From: Sumerlaeia bacterium
Lineage (GTDB): Bacteria > Sumerlaeota > Sumerlaeia > SLMS01 > JAHLLQ01
NCBI GenBank assembly: GCA_040219255.1
Contig: JAVJSW010000056.1
Coordinates: forward strand, 32,001 to 96,000
Reading direction: 5' to 3'
Length of the DNA: 64,000 nt
Shown piece after piece: positions 18,077 through 27,563 of the stretch; positions within the stretch are counted from its first letter, which is position 1; every line of letters starts with the position of its first letter. The notes under the pieces are model-generated. The model saw nothing but the letters and a program-made list of their open reading frames with translations. It did not search any database and was not told the origin of the DNA. The position numbers and the translations under genes were made by a program.

Positions 18077-19966
18077 TCACGTGGTGGCTACGCTTCCATC
18101 GCTGTCTTTCGCGCGGGGAAAACCGTTGAAGGAAGATTGATTGTGGGCGCCGGGGCGCTTTTCGCTGGCACCCAGGCCGGTGGCGATGGCGTGAGCCACA
18201 AAACCGGCGCAGGTGGCGAAGTGCATCCCTGTTTCCGGCAGGCCCGTTTCCGCGTTCACGGACTCGCAGGCGATGCCGTTGTCCATCCGGGCGCGGCGCA
18301 GGAAGGACAGGCCCTCTTCGCGGCGGACGCCGGACAAAACGCTATTACAGGCGCTCAGGATCCACGGATGTGGGGCGTCGGTGGTATGCCGGTTGCCGAG
18401 TTCACTGAAGGCCCCCGGCATCCAGTACGGATAGGCGTCGGAATACAGGTGCTGGACCGTGCGGCGGTAGGCCGGATCGTCGGGCGAGCAAAGGCCGTAG
18501 TAGCTGAGCAGGAGTAGACTGCCGGCCGCTTCGTCGTACATCTCGAAGTTGCCTTCCAGATCCGTGGCCCATTGATACATGCCATCGCGGACCAGGTGCG
18601 CCTTGATGGCGGCGGGAATGCGGGCCGCTTCCTCGCGGGCCCAGGCCGCGTCCAGGGGGGAAATCTCGTCGAGAATCGGCGCCAGCAGCCGCAGCCCCGC
18701 CAGCACCAGGGCGTTGTTGTAGGTCAGCACATCGCGGCCGCCGACGATCAGGTCGTCCGTGGGCATCAGTTCCGTGCGGTACAGCGCCACATCCGCCACG
18801 CGCCAACGGCGTAACCGGTTCAGCAGGTCCAGAATGCCGGCCCGGATCGGCTCCTCGCGCCAGAGACAGCGCTCGGGGTGGAGCTGGCGCCATTGGCCCA
18901 TGGCCAGCAGCGGCGCCATCAGTTCGTCCAGCTCGAAGCCGTACTCGAGGACCTGGCCGCCGATCTGGCGGCTGTGGATTCCGGCGTGGAGCAGCTGTGG
19001 CCCGAAGGCGTAGCGCAGAAGCGCTTCCGCATGATCCGCGTCGTTGCGCAGCAGGAACGGATAAAGCCACAGCAGCGAGTCCCGGTCCCAATAGGCCGAC
19101 GACACGTAGTAGCGATGGCTGCGGGATGTCATGGAAACGACGCGGCTCGTGTCGAGAGCGTGCGACATGGCGTAGAAGCGTGCGAAGTGGCCGTTGCGGG
19201 TGGCCAGAGCGGCGAGCTGGGGCTCGTAGCCAGTCTCCGGCAAGGCGCGGTCGTTGAGCCACTGGCGCGTGCGGCGCAACCACTCGTCGAGGCCGAGGCG
19301 GGACGCCTCCAGGTCGGCGCTGCGAGCCCCCACGCGCGAGAGGCCCACACCGATCAGCAGGTTCGGTTCGCCGTGGGTCGTCAACTCCAGCGTAAAGGGC
19401 CCGCGCACGTTCACATCCGGCGAACCGGACTCGATATCCGTGACCTGGCCATCGTGCAGGCATCGCGTCACCATGCCGTCCTCGATGCGGAAGGACAGGC
19501 AGAGCATCAGCGTCCCCGCCCACAATTCGACAACGACGCCGGGGGTGTAGGACCACTCGAAGGCGGCGATGCGGGCGGACCACTGGGGCAATTCGTGGCG
19601 CACGTTAATGGTCTGGAACAGACGGGCCAGATCGAAGCGGAACGTCACCGCTTCGCCCTCGGCCTGGGCGGGGGCCTGATAGGCCACGAAACGCTCGAAC
19701 GGCGGCGCCAGGATGCGGCCCTGCACACTGCGGTTCTTGCGGTGGTGCATGGTCGGGATCCACTGCTCGTCCGAGTCCCAGGCCCACTGGCCCCGCTGCC
19801 CGGCGATGGTGTTGCAGGAAAGAAGGGCGCCGCCGCGAGGCCCTTCGAGTTCCAGCAGACCGTCGAGTTTTTCGAGGACCACATTCAAACATTCGACCGC
19901 ACCGTCTTCCTGGCGGATGGTGGGGAGGGCGATGTAGTGATTTCCCGTGGGGAGGTAAAGTTGCAT
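18077..19966 (-). CDS. Six-hairpin glycosidase, GH125-like (cytoplasmic)
   Basis: YWDRDSLLW, FELDEL, ELMPTDD, YDEAAGSLLLLSYYG, ESVNAETG resemble GH125 catalytic segments; no signal peptide. Confidence 0.65.
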   Translation of the reverse strand: MQLYLPTGNHYIALPTIRQEDGAVECLNVVLEKLDGLLELEGPRGGALLSCNTIAGQRGQWAWDSDEQWIPTMHHRKNRSVQGRILAPPFERFVAYQAPAQAEGEAVTFRFDLARLFQTINVRHELPQWSARIAAFEWSYTPGVVVELWAGTLMLCLSFRIEDGMVTRCLHDGQVTDIESGSPDVNVRGPFTLELTTHGEPNLLIGVGLSRVGARSADLEASRLGLDEWLRRTRQWLNDRALPETGYEPQLAALATRNGHFARFYAMSHALDTSRVVSMTSRSHRYYVSSAYWDRDSLLWLYPFLLRNDADHAEALLRYAFGPQLLHAGIHSRQIGGQVLEYGFELDELMAPLLAMGQWRQLHPERCLWREEPIRAGILDLLNRLRRWRVADVALYRTELMPTDDLIVGGRDVLTYNNALVLAGLRLLAPILDEISPLDAAWAREEAARIPAAIKAHLVRDGMYQWATDLEGNFEMYDEAAGSLLLLSYYGLCSPDDPAYRRTVQHLYSDAYPYWMPGAFSELGNRHTTDAPHPWILSACNSVLSGVRREEGLSFLRRARMDNGIACESVNAETGLPETGMHFATCAGFVAHAIATGLGASEKRPGAHNQSSFNGFPRAKDSDGSVATT

Positions 19967-20150
19967 GGGATCGGGATTCCTGAGATGGATGAGGGAAGAA
20001 TTGGGGACGAGGGACTGGGTCCGGGGGGCTATCAAAGCGCTTACGCATTCGGTGTGCGGAAGGGCGGTTCGAGAGTGGGCTCGGGACGGACCTAGACACT
20101 TGGGCGAAGCGTTGCGTTGTTAAAGGGCTTTTACCACCCTCCGTCAAGGA

Positions 20151-20170
20151 GAATCGGACCGGTTCGAATC
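20151..20170. promoter_or_regulatory. Candidate LacI-family operator
   Basis: GAATCGGACC|GGTTCGAATC: 20-bp inverted repeat with central CG and 2 mismatched pairs, between the divergent GH gene and the LacI gene. Confidence 0.55.
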
Positions 20171-20309
20171 TCTTCCCTTGAAACCCCCGGCCGCCACCGC
20201 CAGGCTTTCCCCTTGACCGGCCCGCTTTCTCCTTTTTCTCTCTCTGCGTGACCCGTTACGCAGGTATTTGACGGCCGATCGTTTCATTCACCTCGAAGGG
20301 GAGTCCCCG

Positions 20310-21320
20310 GTGGCCTCGACAATACACGACATCGCGCGCATGGCCGGGGTTTCCATTGGAACGGTTTCGCGCGTGATCAACGGCAAGGACCGGGTGGCGC
20401 CCGACACGCGGGCGCGGGTTCTTTCTCTCATCGAGCAGTACAACTTCCGCCCCCGCGCCTCGGCCCGCGGCCTGGCCATGAACAAGACCCGCTCCATCAT
20501 GCTGCTGGTGTCCGACATCGGCAACATCTACTTCGCCGAACTGGCCAAGGAAATCAGCCGCCACTGCCGCGTGCGCGGCTACAAGGTCCTCCTCGGCGAC
20601 AGCGACGAAACCATCAGTGTCGAGTCCGAGCACCTGAAGGCCATGACCGACGGCAGCGTGGACGGCCTGATTATCGCCCCGCTCTCCACCGACGCCAACA
20701 TCGCCCATTACGGCGATCTGATCGAGCGCGGCTTTCCCCTCGTCATGCTCGACACCAATCTGCCCGGCGTGAAGGCGAGTTGCGTTCGCGTCGACAACCG
20801 CCTCGGCGGCGAAATGGCCGTCGACTACCTGGTCGAAAAAGGCCACCGGCGCATCGCCTTCGTCAGCGGCGACACCACCTTCCAGACAAACCGCCTGCGC
20901 TACGAGGGCTACTGCCAGGGGCTGCAGAAGCACGGCCTGCCGCTGCGCGAGCCCTACCTGGTGCCGAACCAGGAGTTCCTCGAAGAGCAGGGCTTCTGCG
21001 GCGTCGAGCGGTTGATGGCGCTGGCCGAGCCGCCGACGGCGATTTTCGCCACGTCCGACCTGACGGCGATGGGGTGCATCCGCGCCGCCACGGCCCAGGG
21101 TTGCCGCGTGCCCGAAGATGTCGCGGTGCTGGGCTTCGATAACCTGAAAATCAGCGCCCACCTCGGCATTCCGCTCACCACCGTGGGCCAGCCCCGCGAG
21201 GAAATCGGCCGCCAGGCGGTGGACCTGCTGCTCGCCAAAATCGACGCCGACAAGTCGAAGAAACTGCCGATCGAAGAACGCCTCGTCCCGCCCCAGATCG
21301 TCGTGCGCGCCTCGGCCTGA
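20310..21320 (+). CDS. LacI family transcriptional regulator
   Basis: STIHDIARMAGVSIGTVSRVIN HTH, ARGLA hinge, GHRRIAF, VPEDVAVLGFD, LTTVGQP. Confidence 0.96.
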   Translation: MASTIHDIARMAGVSIGTVSRVINGKDRVAPDTRARVLSLIEQYNFRPRASARGLAMNKTRSIMLLVSDIGNIYFAELAKEISRHCRVRGYKVLLGDSDETISVESEHLKAMTDGSVDGLIIAPLSTDANIAHYGDLIERGFPLVMLDTNLPGVKASCVRVDNRLGGEMAVDYLVEKGHRRIAFVSGDTTFQTNRLRYEGYCQGLQKHGLPLREPYLVPNQEFLEEQGFCGVERLMALAEPPTAIFATSDLTAMGCIRAATAQGCRVPEDVAVLGFDNLKISAHLGIPLTTVGQPREEIGRQAVDLLLAKIDADKSKKLPIEERLVPPQIVVRASA

Positions 21321-21429
21321 CGAATTGGCGCGTGTGGTTGACGCCCCCCGCGATTCATCCGATAAAGAGACCCGGCGCGGCCGTCACCCCACATGGTCCG
21401 CGGCGCATTCTTCTCCCGGCGGCTTTCCC

Positions 21430-22113
21430 ATGAGCCCAACCCTGCCCGACACGATCACCGTCCAGATTTCCCGCAAGCGAGAGGTGGACGCCCAGTGCGC
21501 GGACCTGGAAGTGCAGGTCGACTCCTCAGCCGTTTTCTCCGGCAACGCGGCTCTCCAGAAGGCTAAGGAACTGCGCGCGTTGATCGAGGAAATGAAGCGC
21601 CTCGGCATCGAAGAAAAGCAGGTCAAGTTGCGGCGCGTGGCGCTCAATTCCAACACTTTCTCACTGATCCGCACGTCGTCGGCGATGTACCACGTTTCCA
21701 TCAAGAAGGTTCCGATGGACCTGCTCTCCGAGGCGCTCGGTACGATCGCGGCTCAGAAGGGCGTGGAGTTGACGCACCTGGAGTGGCGTTATGGCGATCT
21801 GGAAGCCATCGAGCGGGAGTTGCGCCGCGACGGCTTGACCGCCGCGCTGGCCCAGGCGCGCGAGGACGCGGCGGCCCTGGGCGTGGCGCTGCTGGGGGTG
21901 CATACGCTGCGGGCCGACAAACTGGGCGGCGACGCGAGCTACCACCGCGAATACCTGTCCGCCGCGCCCGCCGGGGCCATGCGCGCGCGCTCCGCTTCCC
22001 CGGTGGACATCGGCGTCGAACTCAGCAATTCTACCACGGTTCGGATCGACCTGACCGTGCAATTCCGAGTGGGTCCCTTCGAGGCCAACTCCGATGGAAA
22101 GCCCCCCTCATGA
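21430..22113 (+). CDS. SIMPL (DUF541)-like domain protein
   Basis: TITVQ..REVDA..ADLEVQV, AALAQAREDAAALGVAL, terminal LTVQF; no signal peptide seen. Confidence 0.6.
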   Translation: MSPTLPDTITVQISRKREVDAQCADLEVQVDSSAVFSGNAALQKAKELRALIEEMKRLGIEEKQVKLRRVALNSNTFSLIRTSSAMYHVSIKKVPMDLLSEALGTIAAQKGVELTHLEWRYGDLEAIERELRRDGLTAALAQAREDAAALGVALLGVHTLRADKLGGDASYHREYLSAAPAGAMRARSASPVDIGVELSNSTTVRIDLTVQFRVGPFEANSDGKPPS

Positions 22114-23645
22114 TGACCCTCGAAGTCGAACACGAATACTCCCGCGAGGACCAGGAGCGGCGCGACGAAGCCGAGGCCTATCTCGGCACGCCGCGCCTCG
22201 GCGCGCGCCACTGGGCCCAGGTCGAGGGCTGGGGCATGGCGGTCTCGGCGATGAGCTACCTGTTCCGCCCCACCGACACGGAGGGCGTGCGCGAGGTTTT
22301 CGAACTGGCCCGCCGCCAGGGCGTCACCGTCGCGCTGCGCGGCGGCGGGCGCTCCTATGGCGACGCGTCGATCAACCGCGCCGGCATCGTGCTCGACCTG
22401 ACGGCGATGGACCGCATCCTGGACTGGAACCCGGAAACGGGCATCGTCGAGGTCGAACCCGGTGTCAACATCCGCAAACTCTGGCAGCACATCATCGCCG
22501 ACGGCTGGTGGCCCCCGGTGGTCAGCGGCACCATGTACACCACCATGGCCGGCTGTGCCGCGATGAACGTCCACGGCAAGAACAACTACCGCCTCGGCAC
22601 CTTCGGCGAGCATATCCTCGAATTCGACCTGCTGACGCCGAAGGGCGAACTGCTGACTTGCTCGCCCCGGGAAAACAGCGACCTCTATCATGGCGCCATC
22701 AGCGGCTTCGGCATGCTCGGCTGCATGATCCGGCTGCGCATTCAAATGAAAAAAGTCCACAGCGGACTGCTCTGGGTGGAAGCCTTCAACACGAAATCCA
22801 TCGGCGAAATGATCGACGAAATCGACAAGCGCGCCGGCGATGCCGATTATCTGGTCGGGTGGATCGATTGCACGGCGCGGGGCAAGGCCCTGGGGCGCGG
22901 CATCATCCACGCCGCGTGGTACCGGCCCGAAGGCGAAGACCGCCGCCCAGCCGATCACTTCAATGTCAAAGCCCAGGAACTGCCAGACCGCATCCTCGGC
23001 GTGTTCCCCAAGAGCCTGATGTGGATTTTCCTCAAACCGTTCATCAGCAATTGGGGCATGCGCTGCGTCAATTTGGCGAAGTATTACGCCGGTTTTCTGC
23101 AACCCCAGCACGCACGCTACCTGCAAAGCCACGCGGGCTTTCACTTCCTGCTCGATTACGTGCCCAACTGGAAACTCGCCTATCGTCCCGGCGGCCTGAT
23201 CCAATACCAGTCCTTTGTGCCCAAGGACAAAGCCGAGGAAACCTTCACGCGCCTGATCCAGATGGCCCAGGAGGCGGGCATCCCGCCCTACCTCGGCGTC
23301 TTCAAGAAACACCGCCCCGACCCCTTCCTGCTGACCCACGCGGTCGATGGGTACTCGCTGGCGCTCGATTTCCCCGTCACCAAACGCAACCGCAAAGCGC
23401 TCTGGAAACTCTGCGCCCGGATGGACGACGTGGTGCTCGAGGGCGGCGGCCGCTTCTACTTCGCCAAAGACGCCACCCTGCGGCCCGAAGTCGTGCAGCG
23501 GTTTTTCCCCGACGACAACGTGCAGAAGTTCCTCAAGCTCAAGCACCAGTGCGACCCGGACAATGTCCTCCAGACGAACCTCTCGCGGCGCCTTTTCGGC
23601 GAGGCCTTTGAGGACGCGTTCGGCGGCGCCGGCCCATCCGAATAG
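22110..23645 (+). CDS. FAD-binding oxidoreductase, DprE1-like
   Basis: RGGGRSYGD, VVSGTMYTT.G....VHGKN, G.IQYQ, GYSLALDF, GGRFYFAKD, DP...LQTNLSRRL; ATGA overlap with the upstream gene. Confidence 0.85.
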   Translation: MMTLEVEHEYSREDQERRDEAEAYLGTPRLGARHWAQVEGWGMAVSAMSYLFRPTDTEGVREVFELARRQGVTVALRGGGRSYGDASINRAGIVLDLTAMDRILDWNPETGIVEVEPGVNIRKLWQHIIADGWWPPVVSGTMYTTMAGCAAMNVHGKNNYRLGTFGEHILEFDLLTPKGELLTCSPRENSDLYHGAISGFGMLGCMIRLRIQMKKVHSGLLWVEAFNTKSIGEMIDEIDKRAGDADYLVGWIDCTARGKALGRGIIHAAWYRPEGEDRRPADHFNVKAQELPDRILGVFPKSLMWIFLKPFISNWGMRCVNLAKYYAGFLQPQHARYLQSHAGFHFLLDYVPNWKLAYRPGGLIQYQSFVPKDKAEETFTRLIQMAQEAGIPPYLGVFKKHRPDPFLLTHAVDGYSLALDFPVTKRNRKALWKLCARMDDVVLEGGGRFYFAKDATLRPEVVQRFFPDDNVQKFLKLKHQCDPDNVLQTNLSRRLFGEAFEDAFGGAGPSE

Positions 23646-23681
23646 TGGCGGCTTCGCCCCCCCTCAGAAAGGCCAACGACC

Positions 23682-26024
23682 ATGATTGCCCTCCACCGCT
23701 TACTGGCCAGCCTCTTTATCCTTAACTTTTTCGCGACCCCGAAAAGCCCTGCGGCGGAATTCCACCTGCCCGACCCGGCCGTGGACAACGACGCCGCCAT
23801 CGCGGCCCTGCGGTCGGCCATCGAGGTCGCCAACACCAATGGCGAAGCGGACACGATTCATTTCTTTCCGGGAGGGGAGTATGTTTTTCGGGAGCCGTTG
23901 TTCTCTGATTACAATGGCACGCTCTATCCGAGATCTGATGCGCTTCCCGCGTTTGTAGAACCCACCACGGTTACTTTGAATGGGAATGGAGCGCGGCTGA
24001 TTCGGAATGAAGAGTCGGAGTACGCTTTTCGATTCGCGCAGTTAGTACCCGACTGCATCGTTCACATTCAGAATCTCTCCTTTGAGAATGGACTAATACT
24101 CAATAGCTCTATCAGTACTGGAGGAGCATTAGTCTTGCATGATGCGACAGCCTTGCTTGAAGACTGTCGATTCCTTAATAACAAGAGTTCTCATGTGGAC
24201 GTGGGAGGTTATGCGGCAGGAGGGGCGATTTTTATTTACGGAAGCGATGTTGTGTTAAGGGATTCTGTGTTCAGTCGCAACGTGACGGGAAGTCTTGAGA
24301 GAAGGAGCAGGAAAGCACAGGGAGGCGCTGTCTTCGTCGCCTCGGGAAGGCTTTTGGAGTATGGTTGGCCTGTCCGAGATCGCAAAATGAACAGTGTGCT
24401 CAGTGTCGAAGAATGCTCTTTCGAAGAGAATCGCGCGTCAGGCAAAACTGTAGTCAGTGGAGGCGCGATCCATATAGAATCTGCTGTCAGCAGTGTTAAT
24501 GGCATCCAGTCGCATTCCACCATCGATTTGAACATCAGCGACTCATTCTTTGAGGGTAACATCGCAGAAGGGAGTACCCAAACGGCCGGCGGAGCCTTCT
24601 CTATGAGGTACAACACATCTCGTCAATCCTTAGGGGCCCAATCGACACTCGCTCGCTGTCGCGTCACACGCTCTGTCTTTTCGAACAATAGAAGTGTTTG
24701 CTCAGAGCGCCGTGCGTTATCATCTGCTATGGAAGTTGTGCTGAGTTCTTATCCTGATATCGGCGACTATGTCGTCGATCTGCTGCTCAGTGAGTCACTC
24801 TTTGTCAACAATCGAAATATCGGTACGTACGAATCGACGAAGGACTCCGCGTTGTCTTTCGTAGATTTGAAAAATTATACGCCGGAGCCGAAGGTGGCGC
24901 AGGTTCGGATCTCGAATTCCACTCTTTTGCAAGCAGGGCACGAGAAGATTTTCTTGGCAGCACCGAACATCGATATGCGCCTTTCCAATTCCCTCCTGTT
25001 GAGCGACTCTTCCTCGACCGAACCCCTCATCAGCGCCGCCTTCCACTCCCTTGGCCACAACATCATCACCTCCTACGACTCCACCGCCACCACCCTGACC
25101 GCGACGGACCGGGTCGGTTTGACGGCGAGCGAGGTCGTCGAAACGACGGTGACTTTGGCGGGCGGCACGACGCCCACGCTGCGCCTCTTGCCCTTCAGCC
25201 CGGCGGTGAACGCGGGCGATCCGGCCTGGGTGGGAACCATCGGCGCAACCGATCAGCGCGGGGCGCCCCGCGTGGCGGGCGGACGGATCGACATCGGCGC
25301 CTATGAATTGCAGGCGCCCACCGGCGCTCCCGCTTTCTGGCTCGGGGATCTGGACGGCGCCAACGATCCTCTGCCCGGGTATAGTAACGACCCGGCGATC
25401 CTGCTGACCTTTCCGCTGCAGGGCGACGAGGAGGAACCGGCCTGGCTGGATGTCTGGTCGAGCGACCTGCCCGGAACCCCCACCCTCCTGGCCTCGCATC
25501 CCGATGGCGAAGCGACCGCCGTCCTGACCGTTTCCGGGCCCGATGGCGAGAAGCATCTGGCCGGCCGGTTGGTCAACGCCGTGGGGGCTTCGGACGCTGT
25601 GGCGACGGCCGTGGTGGTGCTCGACCGGGTCCCGCCGCGGGGCCAGCTGGCCTATCCGCAAACGCCCGCGCCGAGGCCTGGCGTGGGAGCGACCGTCATC
25701 GAAATCGCCGCCGACGGCCCAGCCGACGGCACCGGCAGCCCAGTGGCGCGCCACGAAGTCGCGGCCCGTTGGCTCGGCTCGCCGGGCGGCGAATTCGCCG
25801 CCGTGGGCGACCTGCTGACTTCGCCTTCGCTCCCGCTCTGGCCGGACCGGGCTGGTACGTACGTCCTGCGCTCGGAATTGACTGATGGAGCGGGGAATCG
25901 AGTGCAAACTCTGCACGACGACCGCCCCGTCACATTCGACGGAGACATCCAAAGGCCCTATAAAAAGGGAGTCGCCACCCCACATCGGCGCGGAGTGGCG
26001 ACTCCAGTCCATCAGAACAAGTGA
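23682..26024 (+). CDS. Secreted/surface protein with Pmp-like beta-helix repeats and choice-of-anchor-Q-like domain
   Basis: Signal peptide; LRSAIEVAN..GEADTI; repeated FxxN...GGA(I/V/F); SPAVNAG...DQRGAPR....DIGAYE; Ig-like C-terminal part. Confidence 0.8.
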   Translation: MIALHRLLASLFILNFFATPKSPAAEFHLPDPAVDNDAAIAALRSAIEVANTNGEADTIHFFPGGEYVFREPLFSDYNGTLYPRSDALPAFVEPTTVTLNGNGARLIRNEESEYAFRFAQLVPDCIVHIQNLSFENGLILNSSISTGGALVLHDATALLEDCRFLNNKSSHVDVGGYAAGGAIFIYGSDVVLRDSVFSRNVTGSLERRSRKAQGGAVFVASGRLLEYGWPVRDRKMNSVLSVEECSFEENRASGKTVVSGGAIHIESAVSSVNGIQSHSTIDLNISDSFFEGNIAEGSTQTAGGAFSMRYNTSRQSLGAQSTLARCRVTRSVFSNNRSVCSERRALSSAMEVVLSSYPDIGDYVVDLLLSESLFVNNRNIGTYESTKDSALSFVDLKNYTPEPKVAQVRISNSTLLQAGHEKIFLAAPNIDMRLSNSLLLSDSSSTEPLISAAFHSLGHNIITSYDSTATTLTATDRVGLTASEVVETTVTLAGGTTPTLRLLPFSPAVNAGDPAWVGTIGATDQRGAPRVAGGRIDIGAYELQAPTGAPAFWLGDLDGANDPLPGYSNDPAILLTFPLQGDEEEPAWLDVWSSDLPGTPTLLASHPDGEATAVLTVSGPDGEKHLAGRLVNAVGASDAVATAVVVLDRVPPRGQLAYPQTPAPRPGVGATVIEIAADGPADGTGSPVARHEVAARWLGSPGGEFAAVGDLLTSPSLPLWPDRAGTYVLRSELTDGAGNRVQTLHDDRPVTFDGDIQRPYKKGVATPHRRGVATPVHQNK
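25962..26005 (-). terminator. Intrinsic terminator for the minus-strand lipoprotein gene
   Basis: GGAGTCGCCAC / GTGGCGACTCC 11-bp stem with an A5 tract on its left (U-tract on minus strand). Confidence 0.65.
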
Positions 26025-26052
26025 CGCTGTTGGTACTTACTAGCGGGGGAGA

Positions 26053-26625
26053 TTAGTCCGAAGGATCCACGCGCTGCTCGACGCGTTCTTCGGCGCGGTC
26101 TTCGAGGCGCTCTTCGCGAATTTCCTGTTGGATTTCGCCTTCCACATTCTGGAGGCCTTGTTCCACGTTGCGTTCGGCGCGTTCGACACCTTGCTCGATG
26201 TTCTGGCCCATCTGTTCCAGTTCCCGGGCGGCTTCGCGCCGTTCTTCCTTCAGAGCCGCCAGCTTCTGGCGGTACTCCTGCTTGGCGTTGGCGGCGGCTT
26301 GCTCCAGCTCGACCTCCAGCTCTTCGATTTCGGCGTCCAGGTCGCTCATCTCCTGGCGGAGCTGGCGGGCTTTCTGATCGATTTCCTGATCCACTTCCTG
26401 GAGGGCGTCCTGGGTCTGGCGGCCGAGGCTTTCCATGCCTTCGCCGATTTCCTCGCCGGCCACCTTGGCGGCGGCGGCGGTGTCTTCGGCGGCGCTGGCG
26501 ATCGTGTCGCCCGCCGCGTCGCCCGTGCGGGCCGCGTTATCCTGGGTTTCTTGCGAGCAACCGGTCATCGCCATCAGGGCGAGACCAAAGGCGGGGAGGG
26601 TGATCCATTTGAATGTGCGGTTCAT
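26053..26625 (-). CDS. Coiled-coil lipoprotein
   Basis: Lipobox MTGC; E/Q/A-rich helical repeats; AAGGA RBS. Confidence 0.8.
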   Translation of the reverse strand: MNRTFKWITLPAFGLALMAMTGCSQETQDNAARTGDAAGDTIASAAEDTAAAAKVAGEEIGEGMESLGRQTQDALQEVDQEIDQKARQLRQEMSDLDAEIEELEVELEQAAANAKQEYRQKLAALKEERREAARELEQMGQNIEQGVERAERNVEQGLQNVEGEIQQEIREERLEDRAEERVEQRVDPSD

Positions 26626-26751
26626 AGTCGGTATTCCTTAGTCGAGATGATCGGGTTGAAGACCAATTTATCGTCATCCCGGTAAAGAAAGAACCGGGCC
26701 AGGATTTGGCGCCGATTCCTCGGCGCCGGGGCGGGCCGGGGCCGGGGCACG

Positions 26752-26777
26752 AAAAAAGGCCGCCGTGAAGGCGGCCT
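26752..26777 (-). terminator. Intrinsic terminator
   Basis: AAAAAA GGCCGCC GTGAA GGCGGCC: 7-8 bp stem with U-tract on minus strand, downstream of the 26818-27291 gene. Confidence 0.8.
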
Positions 26778-26817
26778 CGGGGAATTCCAATGTGAAAAAC
26801 GGGGGCCGGAGCGCCGA

Positions 26818-27291
26818 TTACTCGCCGGTGCTGCCTTGCAACTTCTTCAGCCCATCGCTGAAGGCCTTCCGGCCCTCCTCGATATTTTCCTCGGCGCTGG
26901 CCTTGGCGTCTTCCAGACCCGCTTCCGCTTCTTGCTGAGCGTCAGCGGCGGATTCTTTGGCCTCTTCCATCATCTCATTGACTTCGGTCTTGGCGTCCTC
27001 GGCCTTGGCCTTCATGTCGTCCATCGCCTCAGTGGCGTTGGCCTTGGCGTCTTCGATGGCGGCTTCGGCTTCTTCCGCCGCTTCCTTCACGGACGCTTCC
27101 GCTTCGGCGATGGCTTCTTTGGCCTTGTCGGTCGCCTTTTCAACTTCGGCGGAGACCTTGTCGGCGGTTTCGTTCGATTTCGTCGTCGTCGCCGTCGTGG
27201 TCGTGGCGGCGGGCTCGGAGTCCTTCGAGCAGCCCGCGAAGGCGAAAACCGCGCATGTCAGGGCGAGGAGGGGGAGCAGGGTCTTTTTCAT
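26818..27291 (-). CDS. Ala/Glu/Lys-rich helical lipoprotein
   Basis: MKKTLLPLLALTCAVFAFAGC lipobox; Thr-rich linker; amphipathic repeats. Confidence 0.8.
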   Translation of the reverse strand: MKKTLLPLLALTCAVFAFAGCSKDSEPAATTTTATTTKSNETADKVSAEVEKATDKAKEAIAEAEASVKEAAEEAEAAIEDAKANATEAMDDMKAKAEDAKTEVNEMMEEAKESAADAQQEAEAGLEDAKASAEENIEEGRKAFSDGLKKLQGSTGE

Positions 27292-27563
27292 CGGTGTTGG
27301 GAACCTTGTATGTTGGGATGCGGGGGCGTTGGGCCCCGGCACAGAAAATCACGCTTACAACCATGTGAGGCGCCGAGTGGCTCCGTTGGCAATCCGGAAA
27401 GTGCGATCCGCCCGGCATATGACGCTGCCCCGGAGCGCGATGCTCATAAAAATTTCACTGGCTGGCGGGGCGCTCATTTCCATTGGGGTTGCCACCGCCG
27501 GGGGCGCGGCGTCACCGTCCTTGCCCATACACGGCATCTCCCACTGGACACCTTGTTTCTTCC

